NCBI RefSeq assembly: GCF_030028105.1
Contig: NC_092374.1
Coordinates: forward strand, 26,483,016 to 26,547,015
Direction: 5' to 3'
Length of the DNA: 64,000 nucleotides
Source of the DNA: Mobula birostris
Taxonomy: Eukaryota
The translations under genes and the position numbers were made by a program. Under the pieces are notes generated by a model. That model had not been told where the DNA came from, did no database searches, and was given only the letters and a program-made list of their open reading frames with translations. Shown piece by piece: positions 25,620 to 38,373 of the stretch (the stretch's first letter is position 1; the number at the start of each line of letters is the position of its first letter).

Positions 25620-27525
25620 AACATAGAACATAGAAGACTACAGCACAGTACAGGATGTTGTGTCAACCTTTTAACCTACCTTTAAGATCAACATAGCCCT
25701 TCACTCCTACGTTACCCTCCATTTCTTTATCATTTGTGTACCTACAGTGGTGTTCGAATGTTTGTGAATCCTTTAGAAATTTCTCTATTTCTGCATAGAT
25801 ATGACCTAAAATGTGATCAGATCTTCACATGTCCTAAAACTAGATAAAGAGAATCTAAGTAAATAAACAGCACAAAAAATATTATACTCGTCCATTTATT
25901 TATCAAGAAAAATGATTCAGTGTCACATGTATTTGTTGGAAAAAGTATGGGAACCTTTTCTTTCAGTAACTGGCGTGACCCCCTTGTACAGCAATAACTT
26001 CAACCAAATAGTTCCAGTAACTGTTGATCAGTCCTGCACATTGGCTTGGAGGAATTTTAGGTCATTCCTCCTTACAAAACTGTTTCAACTCTGGGATTCA
26101 GTCTCACATGTCAGCTGCGAGCTTCCTCACATGAACTGCTTGCTTCAGGTCCTTCCACACATTTCCACAGGGTTATGGTCAGGACTTTGACTTGGCCATT
26201 GCGATACACAAATTTTCTTCTTTTTAAACCTTTCTGTTGTTGATTTACTCTTGTCTTTCAGATCTTCGTCTTGTTGCATTATGCAATTTCTGTTAAGTTT
26301 CAGGAAAAGCACTCTACCCTGATATTCTATAAAATATTTTGATACAATTTTGAATTTATTGTTCCTTCAACGATTGCAAGCTGTCCAGTCCCTGAGGCAG
26401 CAAAGCAGCCCCAAACCATGATGCCCCTTCCACCATGCTTCCCATTTGGGATGAGGTTTTGCTATTGGTATACTTTGCCCTTTTCACCCTCAAACATAGC
26501 ATTGTGTATTTCTGCCAAGAAGTTCATATCTGTCCATGGAACATTGTCCCAAAAATGTTGTAGAACATCTAGGCAGTATTTTGCAAAATTGAGATGTACA
26601 GCAATGTTTTTGGAGAGCAGTGGTTTCCTCTGTGGTGTCCTTCATGAACATCATTCTTGTTCAATGTTTTCTTGATTTTGGACACATGCACAGACACTTT
26701 AGAAGTTCAAGAGATTTCTGCAGTTCTTTTGCTGTTACCCTTGGGTTCTTTTACACTTTCTTCCTCATTGCTCTTGGTGTGATCTTTGCAGGATGCCCAC
26801 TTCTAGGAAGAGTAGCAACAGTACTGAGTTTCCTTTATTTGTAGACAATTTCTCTTACTATGGACTGAAGAACACTCAGTTCTTTAGAAATGCTTCTGTA
26901 GCCTTTTCTTCTAAGGTCCTCTGAAAGTTGTTTTGATCGAGGCATGGTGCACATAAACAGGTCTTTCTTAAGAGCAGGCTCTGTCAGTAACATGACTTGG
27001 TGTGTGTCTTTTTATAGAGCAGGGCACCTCTACAACCCACCCCTCCGATCTCATCTCATTGATTTGAACACCTGAATCAAAATAGCTTTTGTTAAGGCAT
27101 TACCCCAGAGACTCATACTTTTTCCAACAAATACATGTAATATTGGATCATTTTTCTTAACAAATAAATGAACAAGTATAATTTTTGTCGTGCTATTTGT
27201 TTAAGTTGGTTTCTTTACCTAGTTTTAGGACTTATGTGAAGATCTGATCACATTTTAGGTCATATTTATGCAGAAATAGCAAAAAATTCTATAGCATTCA
27301 CGAACTTTCCAGCACCTCTGCATCTAAGAGTTTATAAAATGTCTCGAATGTATCTGCCTCTGCTAACATCCCTGGCAGGGTGTTTCACACACCCACTGCT
27401 CTTTGTGTAAAGAATTTACCTCTGACATCCCCCCTGTACTTTCCTCCAATCATCTTAAAATTATGCCCTGTCGTAGTAGCCATTTTGCCCTGGGAAAAAT
27501 TCTCTGGTTATCCAGTCTACCTATG
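25620..27525 (-). mobile_element. CR1 3' remnant split by a Tc1 insertion (pieces 25620-25742 and 27323-27525)
   Basis: aacatagaacatag tail; ...tgtgtacc|TA-Tc1|tctaagag... continues the CR1 3' UTR. Confidence 0.7.
25743..27322 (-). mobile_element. Near full-length Tc1 transposon with long (~200 bp) inverted repeats; transposase pseudogene
   Basis: TACAGTGGTG... left end mirrored at the right end. Minus strand reads MPRSKQLSEDLRRK from 26945, RTPQRKPLLSK, IMQQD and WPSQSPDHNP, with frameshifts. Confidence 0.9.
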
Positions 27526-28762
27526 CCAAACTGCTCACAATGAGTTTTAATAACTAACAAATGACGTGACTGATTTATGTATTTCCAGAAATAATGTTTA
27601 AAATAGACAAATAATCAGTATCTATGTGCAGTTAACCTCCAGCACTGGGGTGTTTGCAATCACCTACACTGTAAAACATACTCAGAGACATATTGCTGAT
27701 TGCTCAACTGCAATGACTTTGAATGGCTATAAAGTTACTGTATGGCCTGATTATGGTATACACACTAACAAACCAAAGGTAAACATGAGTCAGGGAAATC
27801 TGCTTGCTTTTCTTTGAATACTCCCAAAGCAATCCACATGAATGTCTGACAAGGCTATTGTCTGTTTCTCAGTTGAGTGTTAAATCTTTGGAAATGCGGC
27901 ATTAACTTTATATAGTACCTGAGCATCATGTTAAATGCTAAATTAATTTAACCCACAACTTTCCATTTCAAAAGTACTCCTGATCATTCAGAGGAGAAAA
28001 AAATTAAAAAGCAAAACATTCTCACCGAGATATGATAATTACAAGGAAAACTGAAAACCTTCCTAGTAGTTTTTCCTTGGATGTAATCTGGATTGGAAAT
28101 GGATTGGCTCACTGGCATAGCTATTTATGTCATCTACACCCAAGAGCATACTTATGTGTCAAGAGAACTGGCAGATGTGCATTCACATTCACTGCTAAAA
28201 CTTGTAAACAATTCTAAACTTGGCAGATACTGATGAGAATGCGAAGCAGAAAGGCATTATGGGTTTTATTTTGATGAGGATAGTCATCCATGTTGGGTAA
28301 TGCGTGAAGGGAAAAGAAATGTAGGGCTGTGGCATCCCATTTAATCATGTGGATCCATCTCTCATGGCCAGATGTTTAGGTGCATCACAATAAACTGTCA
28401 TCATCACTGCCTTGGTGTTTCACTTGACTGAAAAAGTAAGTTTTCTTTTCAGAAACCATGTGAAATCTATGAATAACTGTGTACTCCTTGGACATTTACC
28501 TCCACTAACAAAGCTGGCCAGGTGTCTTGGGGGTAACTATGTCAGGGATAAGTTGTGACCTGTCTTGGCAATTACCACAACTCCACATATTCTGTTAAAA
28601 TAAACAGCAAGTTTCATTTTTAATGACCTCACGTGAGAATGTGTTGCAATGGCAGGGGACGTGTGCTTTTTTAAAATCCTGTGTAACAGGTGGTTGCATT
28701 TTTGCTAGCATTATTGGAATGTAACTCATTCAAATGTAGTTTACCTGTTACTTGCTTTTATG

Positions 28763-29311
28763 TACACTCAGTTGTCACTTTATTAGGTACACCTGTCACT
28801 TGCTCTTTATTGCAAATATCGAATCAATCAATCATATGGCAGCAACTCAATGCATAAAAGCATGCAGACGTAGTCAAAAGTTCAGTTGTAGTTCAGATCA
28901 AACATGAGGACGGGGAAGAAATGTGACTCAGATTTATTTTTTCTTTGACCATGTTGGTGGCAGATGGGGAGCTTTGAGTATATAAGAAACTGCTGAATTC
29001 CTGGAATTTTCCTGCACAACTGTCTCTAGAGTTTACAGAGAATAAGGCAAAAAAACAAAAACATCCAGTGAACGGCATTTCTGTGGGTGAAAACACCTTG
29101 TTAATGAGAGGGGTCAGAGGAGAATGGCCAGACCCGCTTCAAGCTGACAGGAAGGTAAAAGTAACTCATATAACCATGCACTACCAACAGTGGTGTGCAG
29201 AAGAGCATTTCTGAATGCACAGCACATCAAACCTTAATGTGGATGGGCTACAGCAGCAGCAGACCACACCGGGTTCCACTCCTGTAGCTAATAAAGTGGA
29301 CACTGAGTGTA
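28763..29311 (+). mobile_element. Non-autonomous Tc1 element (same family as 5400-5895)
   Basis: TA CACTCAGT...ACTGAGTG TA TIRs; remnant KTSSERHFCG.KHLVNERGQRRMAR and WMGYSSSRPHRVPLL. Confidence 0.88.
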
Positions 29312-29401
29312 TATCTTGTTCCCTGATTGCTGTTTACGATGCTGATGGTAAATGCTTCCCCGGACTCCTTTAACATTTTTATATCTCATTTCTACACATA
29401 G

Positions 29402-29500
29402 AAAATTAGCAAAGCAGGCAGTTCTTGAAAATGGGCATGACAACCTAATAGAGATGGATGTATTTACTCCTCCATGTCACGATGGGAGTTACGGGGACGG
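29402..29500 (+). CDS. TENM3: Teneurin internal coding exon, 99 nt, probable cassette exon (intracellular domain)
   Basis: Acceptor ...ctcatttctacacatag| and donor GACGG|gtatgt. Encodes (R)KLAKQAVLENGHDNLIEMDVFTPPCHDGSYGD(G), resembling the TENM4 segment [34 protein letters not shown] that precedes HFLFK (recalled, not searched). Phase 2/2; GG+G joins in frame to exon 37854. Confidence 0.85.
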
Positions 29501-30557
29501 GTATGTCATTCTGAGAAGCAAAACAAAATACAGAAAAGTGATGCGAGCTGCCAACACAGAATCTTGTAGCATAAAAAGGGGACTAATAGCAATTGCTATT
29601 CTTTTTATTGATGAAATTTATGACATTTTGAGGCCAAAAGGCCCTTTCTCTGATTTCTCTTAAGTGCAACCAATCTAAATTTCTATTCACGGCAATGTTC
29701 TCTTACAAGCCTATAAAGCAAAATCACTCGTCTGACAGCTTAGCAACAACTCATTTCCCATTCAGACAAGCCAACTTGCCACTGTGCAATAACAATTGGA
29801 ACTGCTTAGACAATTCCAGCCTTTTAATTTTAATTACTATCATCAGATTTCAGAGCATTAAATTCAAACTGAACTGCTTTTTTTTCTGTCCTTCCCCACC
29901 CCCCCTTCCTGTTCACAATTTTACATTAAACACTGTGACCAGTGATAGGGTTTTGTTTTGTAACTAGGTCAGTATGAAACTTTGGAATCAGGAGAGAATG
30001 CAGCTTACTTGCTACCTCCATGCCGAACATGATTCTTCAAAACTAAATATTCTTAAAGAAGCATGGATATCATTCATGCGGGAATTGTTTTATGTGATGT
30101 ACGCTGCATCATTTGGTGCTTCATTGCTAATTTCCATCCACTCCAACTTCATCACCAAATTAAATTTCCAGGATGAAGGAAGCTCTGGAGCAGTGCCTTT
30201 ACTATTTGTAAACCCAGTACCTTTCAGAAGGGAACAAGATATCCCGCTGAAGCTTGCTGTGTTGCTGCCGAGACTGTACACTTTAAACCCTGAAATTCTT
30301 TAAATAGACAGTGACCAGTTTACCAGACTTCCTATGCAGAAACGTGTCTCTACACAAGGTTCTTCCAGCATAACTCTCAGCCCAGTGATGGGAGAGAGAA
30401 TGATCTTGCTGATTTTTTTTCTCTTAGTCATTTGAAAGCCCTGACCCTTCAGCCTTAGTGCTGCTCCCCACACCCCACCCTACTGCCACCGCAGTGTGAT
30501 TTCAGCCTGTGTTGCTGATCCTGCGTAGATGACCGAACTCAGCAGGGAATGTCGTAA

Positions 30558-30760
30558 GAACAAGAGATTCTGCATATTCTGAAATTTAGAGTAACACACA
30601 CAAAATCACTGGAGGAGTTCAGCTGGTCAGGCAGTATCTGTGGAAAGGAATATAAGAGGATGCATCAGATGGGTCCAGCCCCAAAATGTTGACTCTTTAT
30701 TCCTTTCCTTAGAGGCTGCCTGAACTGCTGAGTTCCTCTAGCATTTTGTGTTTTACTCTG
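30558..30760. mobile_element. Penelope-derived fold-back element
   Basis: Arms ~30590-30658 and ~30693-30760 are reverse complements and homologous to 19097-19334. Confidence 0.7.
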
Positions 30761-31734
30761 CACAGAATGTGACATATTTCAGCTCTGTATGGTTCAGTTC
30801 CGCAGTTGGCATTGCATTCAGCAGCCTTGCCAATGGGGAAATTGCTGCCTCATTGTCCCATCTAGTCATCACGCTGTGACACTGCTACATCTCTCAATGA
30901 GGAAGACAGAAAAAAAGACAATAAATCGCATTTATGTAGTGCCTTTTATGACTGCAGATGACTTGAATTTAATTTTTGATTTTATGTATTAATTTATTGA
31001 ATGTGATTATCCCTAATAATGCCAGCATTTGTTACTCATCCATTGAGAAGCCACTACATACCTTTGGAGTAAATATTTGATACAATTTCATGGGGTGTTT
31101 TGGAGATCAATTATGAATCATTCACACAGTCACATGAAACCCATACCAGGTAAGAATGGCAGATTTCCATTCCCTGAAGGACATCAATAGGTTTTACCGC
31201 GGGCTTCTTGGTCGCCATTGATTGCAAATGACGTAATTTCAAGTTCAAGTTCAATTTTTTTGTCATTCAACAATATATATGTACACAGCTAAATGAAACA
31301 ACATTCCTATGGGACCAAGGTGCAAAACATAGTTTATACTGTATATTATATACAACACGTAAAACAATATTAACACAATAATATTAACAGATTAAAAATA
31401 TAATTCTACAGATGTACAAGTTGACAAAGTTCATATACTACATATCGTTAAATATGTAACAGTCTTAACTGCTACTGGCACTGTAACAAATAATATGTAA
31501 TATGACAGCACACAGTGAGTTCCCACATGGAAACTAATTGGATTGGGAAGAATGTTGACCAGCAGATCTAATGGGCATTCTTCTTTCACTGTGGACTTTC
31601 AGATAGGCAGAGTTGCCTTTTTGAGGGAAAAAGAAACAGCTGGAACAATGCATAAAGCATAAAGCCTGCATAAATCATTTAGGTCACGGACTGCATCTTA
31701 ACCCACAACTTATCGATTAAGACTTACCAATTGA

Positions 31735-32220
31735 CTATAGAGTTATGCAGTCGATGAAAGCCCTTTGGCCCAACTCAATCATGCTGACCAAATGCCTAAT
31801 TCTATTGGCCTGTGTTTGACCCATATCCCTCTAAATCTTTTCTATCCTATGTACTTATCCAAATGTTTTTTTTTTCCAAACTTTTTAATTACAGTATACC
31901 TGCCGCCTCCATCTTCATGGCAGCTTATTTCATATACTCACCGCGCTCTACGTGAAAATCTACCTCTCAGATGCCTTTAAATCTTCACCACCCTGACTTA
32001 AGCCTATGCCCTTTTATTTTGTCTATCTTATCTATGTGTGACCTCATCCTTTGTAATTTCATAAACTTCTATAAGGTCGTCCCTCAGGCTCCTCTGCTCC
32101 AAGGAAAACTGCCCTCAAGTCCAGCCAAACCCTTCTGAATCTTCTCTGCACTCTCTCTCCCTTAATAACATCCTTTCTGTAGCGTGGTGATCACAGCATG
32201 ACACATGCGTGGTTTAACCA
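31735..32220 (-). mobile_element. CR1 3' remnant
   Basis: Homologous to 22830-23400. Confidence 0.6.
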
Positions 32221-32281
32221 GGCTAACATTAATTACTTTTGTATGTATTCTTCCAATTAGGTGCTTGTTTTGAGGCATTTA

Positions 32282-32798
32282 TAGTACTGTGCAAAAGTCT
32301 TAGGCATATATATATAGGTAGGGTGCCTAGGACTTTTGCACAGTACTGTATTTGTCAATATGGAGCAGTGAACAAATTTGTAAATCTGGCAGCAGCAAAG
32401 GATGTTGAGAATATTGAGGGAGGAGTGCCCTGGGAGGGGTGTGGGACAGATGGCAGAGGAGAAGTGTCAGGGGTGGGGGGGGGGAAGGTAGCAGGCAAGG
32501 TCATTTAATTCCAGACAATTGGTTTATAGATCATTACAGAATGTCTCCCTGATGCTTCCTGCTGCTTCCCCTCTCCCTTCTCCTTTTCCCAACCATGATT
32601 CCCCTCTCGTTGCCCCTTTCCCACTCTCAGTCCACAAAAGAGACCCATATCAGAATCTGATTTATCATCACTCACATATGTCATGAATACTGTTTTATGG
32701 CGGCTGCAAAGTGCCATACATAAAATTACTATAGTATTGTGTAAAAGTCTTAGGCCCTCTAGCTGTATATATGTGCCTAAGCCTTTGGCACAGTACTG
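32282..32798 (+). mobile_element. Composite MITE copy 3
   Basis: Hairpins at 32282-32348 and 32732-32798; cargo colinear with copy 1. Confidence 0.85.
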
Positions 32799-32820
32799 TG
32801 CTCACATACATTTACCAATA

Positions 32821-33436
32821 ATAGATTATGAAGACACGTAGCCCTCTTTTATAGATTATGAAGACATGTTGTCCTCTTTTATTGTCATTTAGTAATGCAT
32901 GCATTAAGAAATGATACAATATTTCCTCCAGTGTGATATCACAAAACACAGGACAGACCAAGACTGAAAAAACTGACAAAACCACATAATTATAACATAT
33001 AGTTACAACAGTGCAACAATACCATAACTTGATGAAATCCATGGGCACAGTAAAAGTTCAAAGTCTCTCAAATGTCCCACATCTCACGCAGACGAGAGGT
33101 GGAAGAAAAACTCTCCTTGCCATGCTGACAACAGTCCGACTCTGAGTCATCCGAAAACTTCGAGCTCTGATCAGCTCTCTGACACCGAGTACTGAGCGCC
33201 ATCTCTGTCCGAATGATTCAACCTCAACCTCGGTCGCCAACAGCAGGTAAAGCCGGGGATTTTGAGGCCTATCCTCCGAAAGATTCCCGACCACGCAGTA
33301 ACGACAGCAGCGAACGAGCATTTCAGAAATTTCTCCAGCTGTTCTTCTGTGCTTTCACGTCCATTCTCCATCAAATCAGAATTGTCCACAGCCTCTATTT
33401 AACAGATACAATATCATTTTTCACCGGAGGGCTGCG
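32821..33436 (-). mobile_element. Non-coding retroelement-like family, copy 2
   Basis: Colinear with copies 1 and 3; last 30 bp of the tail duplicated. Confidence 0.8.
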
Positions 33437-34974
33437 GAGTACTTGATTTTCATGACAGATCTTTGCATGCAACTTATATGATACAAGCTTTTACTTAACT
33501 GACATCTCTAACTTTGAAAACACTTTACAACGTATCTCTGAAGTAAATGGGATGTAGATAAAACACATCTGCTTCCCCAATTTTATTTCTTACTTGAAAA
33601 CCCTTTAAACCCTCTAAAAACAGATTTGTTGTAACACTCTCTACCTATTTTTACTCCTTTGGAATGTTCCTCAGAAGAATATTTATTAGTAGTTCACAAT
33701 GTTAAAGGCACTATATAAATGCAAGTTTTGTATAGGAGAAGAGGGAGGAGATGCTGGAGGGCTTGATTGAAGAGGAAGATTTTAAGGAGCCCTTTAAATG
33801 AGGATGAAAATCAAAATTTTGGGAAAAGAGAGCTGTAATGACCGATCGTGATGATGAAGCAGTGTTTGTGCAGTGCTACCATTTACAACTGAACCAAACA
33901 TACGTAGATTTTAACAGGAGAAAGTAACAGCAGCCTCCTGTACCTCAACACATGCACACCTGTGCCTGAAGTTACTGGAACTGCATATTTACCTAAAAGT
34001 CTAATTTCCTAGGCTTGCAGACAAGTGATTTTGGACTGATTTATTCGCTACTATTATTATTATAATGGCAAAGCAATTTTAGGGTTGTGGACTAATTGCA
34101 CAAGAAATTGAAGTAAAAGTTAATTGGAATACATACCAACATATGTCCTTTAGAAATGAATACACTTGGTTAAATTGCAACCTGGTTTCACCCTGAAGCA
34201 GATGTTGTGCAATCTTGTGTCTCAGCTTGCATCATTTTCTATTGTTCATTTTTAATTCCCTGTCCTAAATGTAGCATTTGTTTGCATTAGTGTATCAAAG
34301 TAAAGAAAACTGCAGTTGAGAATTGCTTAACTTTGCTAATTTTTATTTTGATTCTTTTGTTGTCCGTTACTTTTAATTTCCAGCAGCAAATGACCCCCCC
34401 CCCATTTTGTGTGGTGTACATATGCTAATGTACCAATTGCATGAAGGTTAAAACTGCTTCCTCGTAGTTATCTGCTGTGCTGCGGTCTTTCATGTATAAA
34501 TTGCTGTACTGTATGCTTTAACTTTCATTGTGTGTGTTGTTAACTTGATATAGACAATGTCTGTTGGGACTTGTGCGTAACACCTACTTTTAAAAGAAGC
34601 TCCCATCAAGGTGAAAGTGAATCTAAAATAAAAATAGATAAGGAAAGCTGCCCATGTGATTTCCCACTCCCAATCCAGTCAGAGGTGAATATAAATTGGT
34701 ATAAGCACACCATTAAGTAAGCTGCCAAATCAATCAGTGCAAATTAATTCAGTCAGTTTGTAAGTGATAGAACTATACTGATTACGAACAATTGAAGCTG
34801 TTTTCATCCCTGGATTTCACTTGGGTTTGTTAGAGTCAGTTCAGGTAGGAATGACCTTTACCCAAAATCATATCCTCTTCTGTATTTATTTATCTGTCCA
34901 TCTATCTACCTATTTATTTATTAACACACTTTGTCTTCTTTTGCACATTAGTTGTTTATCAGTCTTTGTGGTAC

Positions 34975-35262
34975 CCACAGAGCGCAGCGGTTATCGCAAC
35001 GCTATTACACCCCGGGGTGTTCCAGAGCTCAGAGTTCACTTCTGGCGAGGCCTGTAAGGGGTCTGTACGTCTTCCCCATGAACCATGTGTGTTTCCTCCG
35101 GGTGCTCTGGTTTCCTCCCACAGTCCAAAGACCTACCAGTTAGTAGGTTGAATGGTTACTTACCTTCTGGTTGGGTCTGTGTTAAGTAGGTGGGTTGCTG
35201 AGCAGTGCGGCTCATTGGGCTGGAAGGGCTTGTTCTGCACTTTATCACAAAATAAATAAATT
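34975..35262 (+). mobile_element. V-SINE (HE1-like)
   Basis: V-domain gtttcctccgggtgctctggtttcctcccacagtccaaagac; A-rich tail. Confidence 0.75.
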
Positions 35263-35744
35263 TAATTGATTTTATCTCCTATTCTCCCTGCCTGACTTTA
35301 AGCATAAAGAAAATGTTGCTTGAGTTACTTATCCTTGGGATATTTAGGGAGGGAACACTGGGGAAATCAGGAATTTTGCTAAAGTACAGAGAAACCCTCT
35401 GCTTTGTAAGCTCTGGGTTTTTGTGAATATATTTGTGAAGCTGTCACGATTGATCACTGTCACAGAGGGACACCTCAAGAGCCGAGATATTTATCAGATT
35501 TTACCACTGTCCAGCAAGCCTTCTGATTACAACTGCACAATAATTTTTAAGCAAATTTATTTTGATGGCCTTGCAAGCTCAGTGATGTGGATAACAGCTC
35601 CACAGTCCCCAGCCACTGCAATGGCATTCTTCTTGTAATAGTTTATGGGTAATGACAGGATCTTTGGAACAGAGGTTGGTCAGGGATTATTGTCAGTGAC
35701 ACCAACCTGCATATCATTTCTGTTTTTTCCTTTTATCTTCTTGT

Positions 35745-36025
35745 GATACAAAGGAGGCCATGCGGCCCATCACTTTGCAGGAAACTGGAGAAATCCTACC
35801 GATCCCAGTTGCCTCCTGCCAATCTGATCACTTTCCTCCCCCACTTGCACAAGGGATAACGGACCTTACCAATTTATCTTCCTAACGGGATGTGGGAGGA
35901 AATTAGAGCACCCAGAGGAAACCCACATGGTCACAAGGAGATATGAAAGCATCACACAGCAGGGTTGGTAACTGAACCTTGGTCACTGGAGTTGTGATAC
36001 ATCTGCACTACCTGCTGTACCACTG
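35745..36025 (-). mobile_element. V-SINE remnant
   Basis: Reverse V-domain tgtgggaggaaattagagcacccagaggaaacccac. Confidence 0.65.
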
Positions 36026-37853
36026 TTTCTGCATTGTGAAGAATGCTCAGATTTGAAACAGGCCATTAGGGCCAGTAGATCCTTACCAGCCTCCTCCCAC
36101 CATTCTTCATTTCTCCTTACTGTTCATGCATCTTTTTATTGTCTCTAGTGATAGTGAGTTCCACATTACCCCACTCTCTAACAAACTAACAACCAGAACA
36201 TTTACTTCAAAAAGGAGGTAGTTCAGTCTACGAAAATCAAACAACTGCAGTTGCTGTAAATCTGAAATAAAACCAATAATTGGATCACCCAGTGGAAAGA
36301 GAAGCAGTCAACATTTCAAGTCAGGGACCCTTCAGTTCATTGTGTCTATTCTAGTCAAAATGGCGCATCACAAACCACAATCCAGCATTCAGATTACAGC
36401 CTCTTCAAGTGCACATTCAAGTAGTTTTAAGTAGTTTCAAGTAGTTTCTGGCTCTAAAACCCTTGCAGGACATTTTATATTTTCCGTAGTATGGGAAGCA
36501 TCTTTGCAATATTAATCCTGCCCAGCCCTACTCAGATCTTCACCTCAAGCTTTTGATGAAAATACTGGGCTCCCTTATCCACTTTCCTTCCAGCCCAAAT
36601 CCGCGACCCTTCTCAGCCCAGAAGCTCAGGTTGTTTATTTCCCTCCATCGACACTGCCTGACTTGCTGAGTTCCTCCCACATTTTACATGTGTTAACTTG
36701 TAAAGATTTCCAGAGTACAGAATTTTAAAGCTCAAAAACTAGGTATTCTGTCACAGTGGTTTCCCTCATTAATTTCAGCTTATTTAAATTGAAAGATGCC
36801 ATAAACCCATGTTCTGGCAGACAGCACTAAATTGTTAAATATAAAGAGAGAAGCTGAAGCAGACCGTATAGAAATAGTGGAAAACAAAACTGCTGTGTGC
36901 ACGGCAGACCGCCGAGTGGACGGCAACTGCTGTCACATCCAATTCAGAGCCTGGCACCAGGTTTTGAGCTTCTTCCCACCACGAAGTCCCAGTGTGAGCA
37001 ATTCTCAGCAAGCACCTCCCCTAAGAAAGGGCTCCATTGAATCTCTCAGCACTGTGGGAGAAAGGCAGTGCAAAAAGAACTGCCTTAACCACTTCAATGG
37101 AATCACACAAACCTAAGGAAAGAGAGGTAAACGTTCTCTCCACAATGGCGTTATTTTTCTCAGTTCACTGAGAAAGGGAGCGTGTCTCAGTGCAGATGAT
37201 GAGTCATTCTGGTCCTGTGGGTGTCATGGATGTGTACCTGTATCCTACAGAATAACCTCACAAATTGTTCATCTCACCAAGTGTTGTTCATCTTTATCAA
37301 TGAAACCTATTCAATTTGAGCAGTTAAGATTAAAATAGTGTGCCAAACTAAAGCAGGTGTATTATGGGCAGAAGACTTTCAAATAATTACCCCGAGTGCC
37401 TTTCCCACCAATCTTATTCCGCAAGCACTCGAAGTCTGTTGCATGAGTATTTTCCTTTATCTCAGTGCAGGAGATGCGTTATAGATTAGAGTCAGAGAGT
37501 CATACAGCACAGAAACAGGACCTTCAAGCCACCATGATCCTGCCAACCACCATATATATATCGCCCCATTTACCCACGAAAGGCAAGTTGTTGTTGACTA
37601 TCTCAGTCTGTCGATTCATATCTTTTATTTGAACTCTCCCCATCTTCTTGGAATGAGTGTTTTATTTGGTGCCACCTACATTTCCCCCATGGCCATCTTA
37701 AGTTCAACACTTGTTTACCCAGTGCACCGCAGCATGCCTGTGCTGTTGATCGTCCTGCTGTAGATCTTGGCGTCCTGTCAGATGCTACATTTATTGTAGT
37801 GCCTCACGTTTTCCAAGCACCTTCCTCTTGACTTTCTCTTTATCCCCTTTCAG

Positions 37854-38092
37854 GCATTTCCTTTTCAAGACGGGAACAGGGACTACACCATTGTTCAGCA
37901 CTGCCTCGCCTGGTTACACCATGGCTTCGAGTGCTGTCTATTCGCCGCCGCCGCGCCCACTGCCAAGGAACACTCTTTCTAGAAGTGCTTTTAAGTTCAA
38001 GAAATCATCCAAGTACTGCAGCTGGAAGTGCACAGCCCTTTGTGCGGTTGGAGTATCGGTTATTCTGGCGGTACTGCTCTCTTATTTCATAG
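37854..38092 (+). CDS. TENM3: Teneurin-3 coding exon, 239 nt (end of intracellular domain and transmembrane helix)
   Basis: Polypyrimidine tract plus ttttcag| acceptor and ATAG|gtaagt donor. Encodes [79 protein letters not shown], nearly identical to vertebrate TENM3. Confidence 0.96.
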
Positions 38093-38311
38093 GTAAGTGT
38101 TAAAATCATAATTTCAGCTATGGCTTTCTTTAGTTTCTGGTGGATGTGCACATCATTTCTCAATAGTTTGTTGTTACTGTAAAGATAGAGTAGAAATTGT
38201 TTCCAAAAGGTTTGACAGTAGCAATTTGGTGGGATGCCTTTGCCCACTTGTGGAAGGCTGATCTCCTCTGCTGGTGGTTCATATTGGTTGTGAGGGGTCC
38301 CTTGTGAATGT

Positions 38312-38373
38312 AGTTGGTTTTGATGTTTTGCACTTACCAAGTTGATTTTGATGTTTTGCACTCACCAAGTTGA
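38312..38373. repeat. 28-bp tandem duplication
   Basis: ttttgatgttttgcact(t/c)accaagttga occurs twice. Confidence 0.85.

Noticed and set aside
29352-29663. 103-aa ORF as a single-exon gene
   Set aside because: Only 29402-29500 is teneurin-like and bounded by splice sites; the rest is intron read-through.
29974-30303. 109-aa ORF near the cassette exon
   Set aside because: No recognisable homology or clear splice boundaries; length is compatible with chance.
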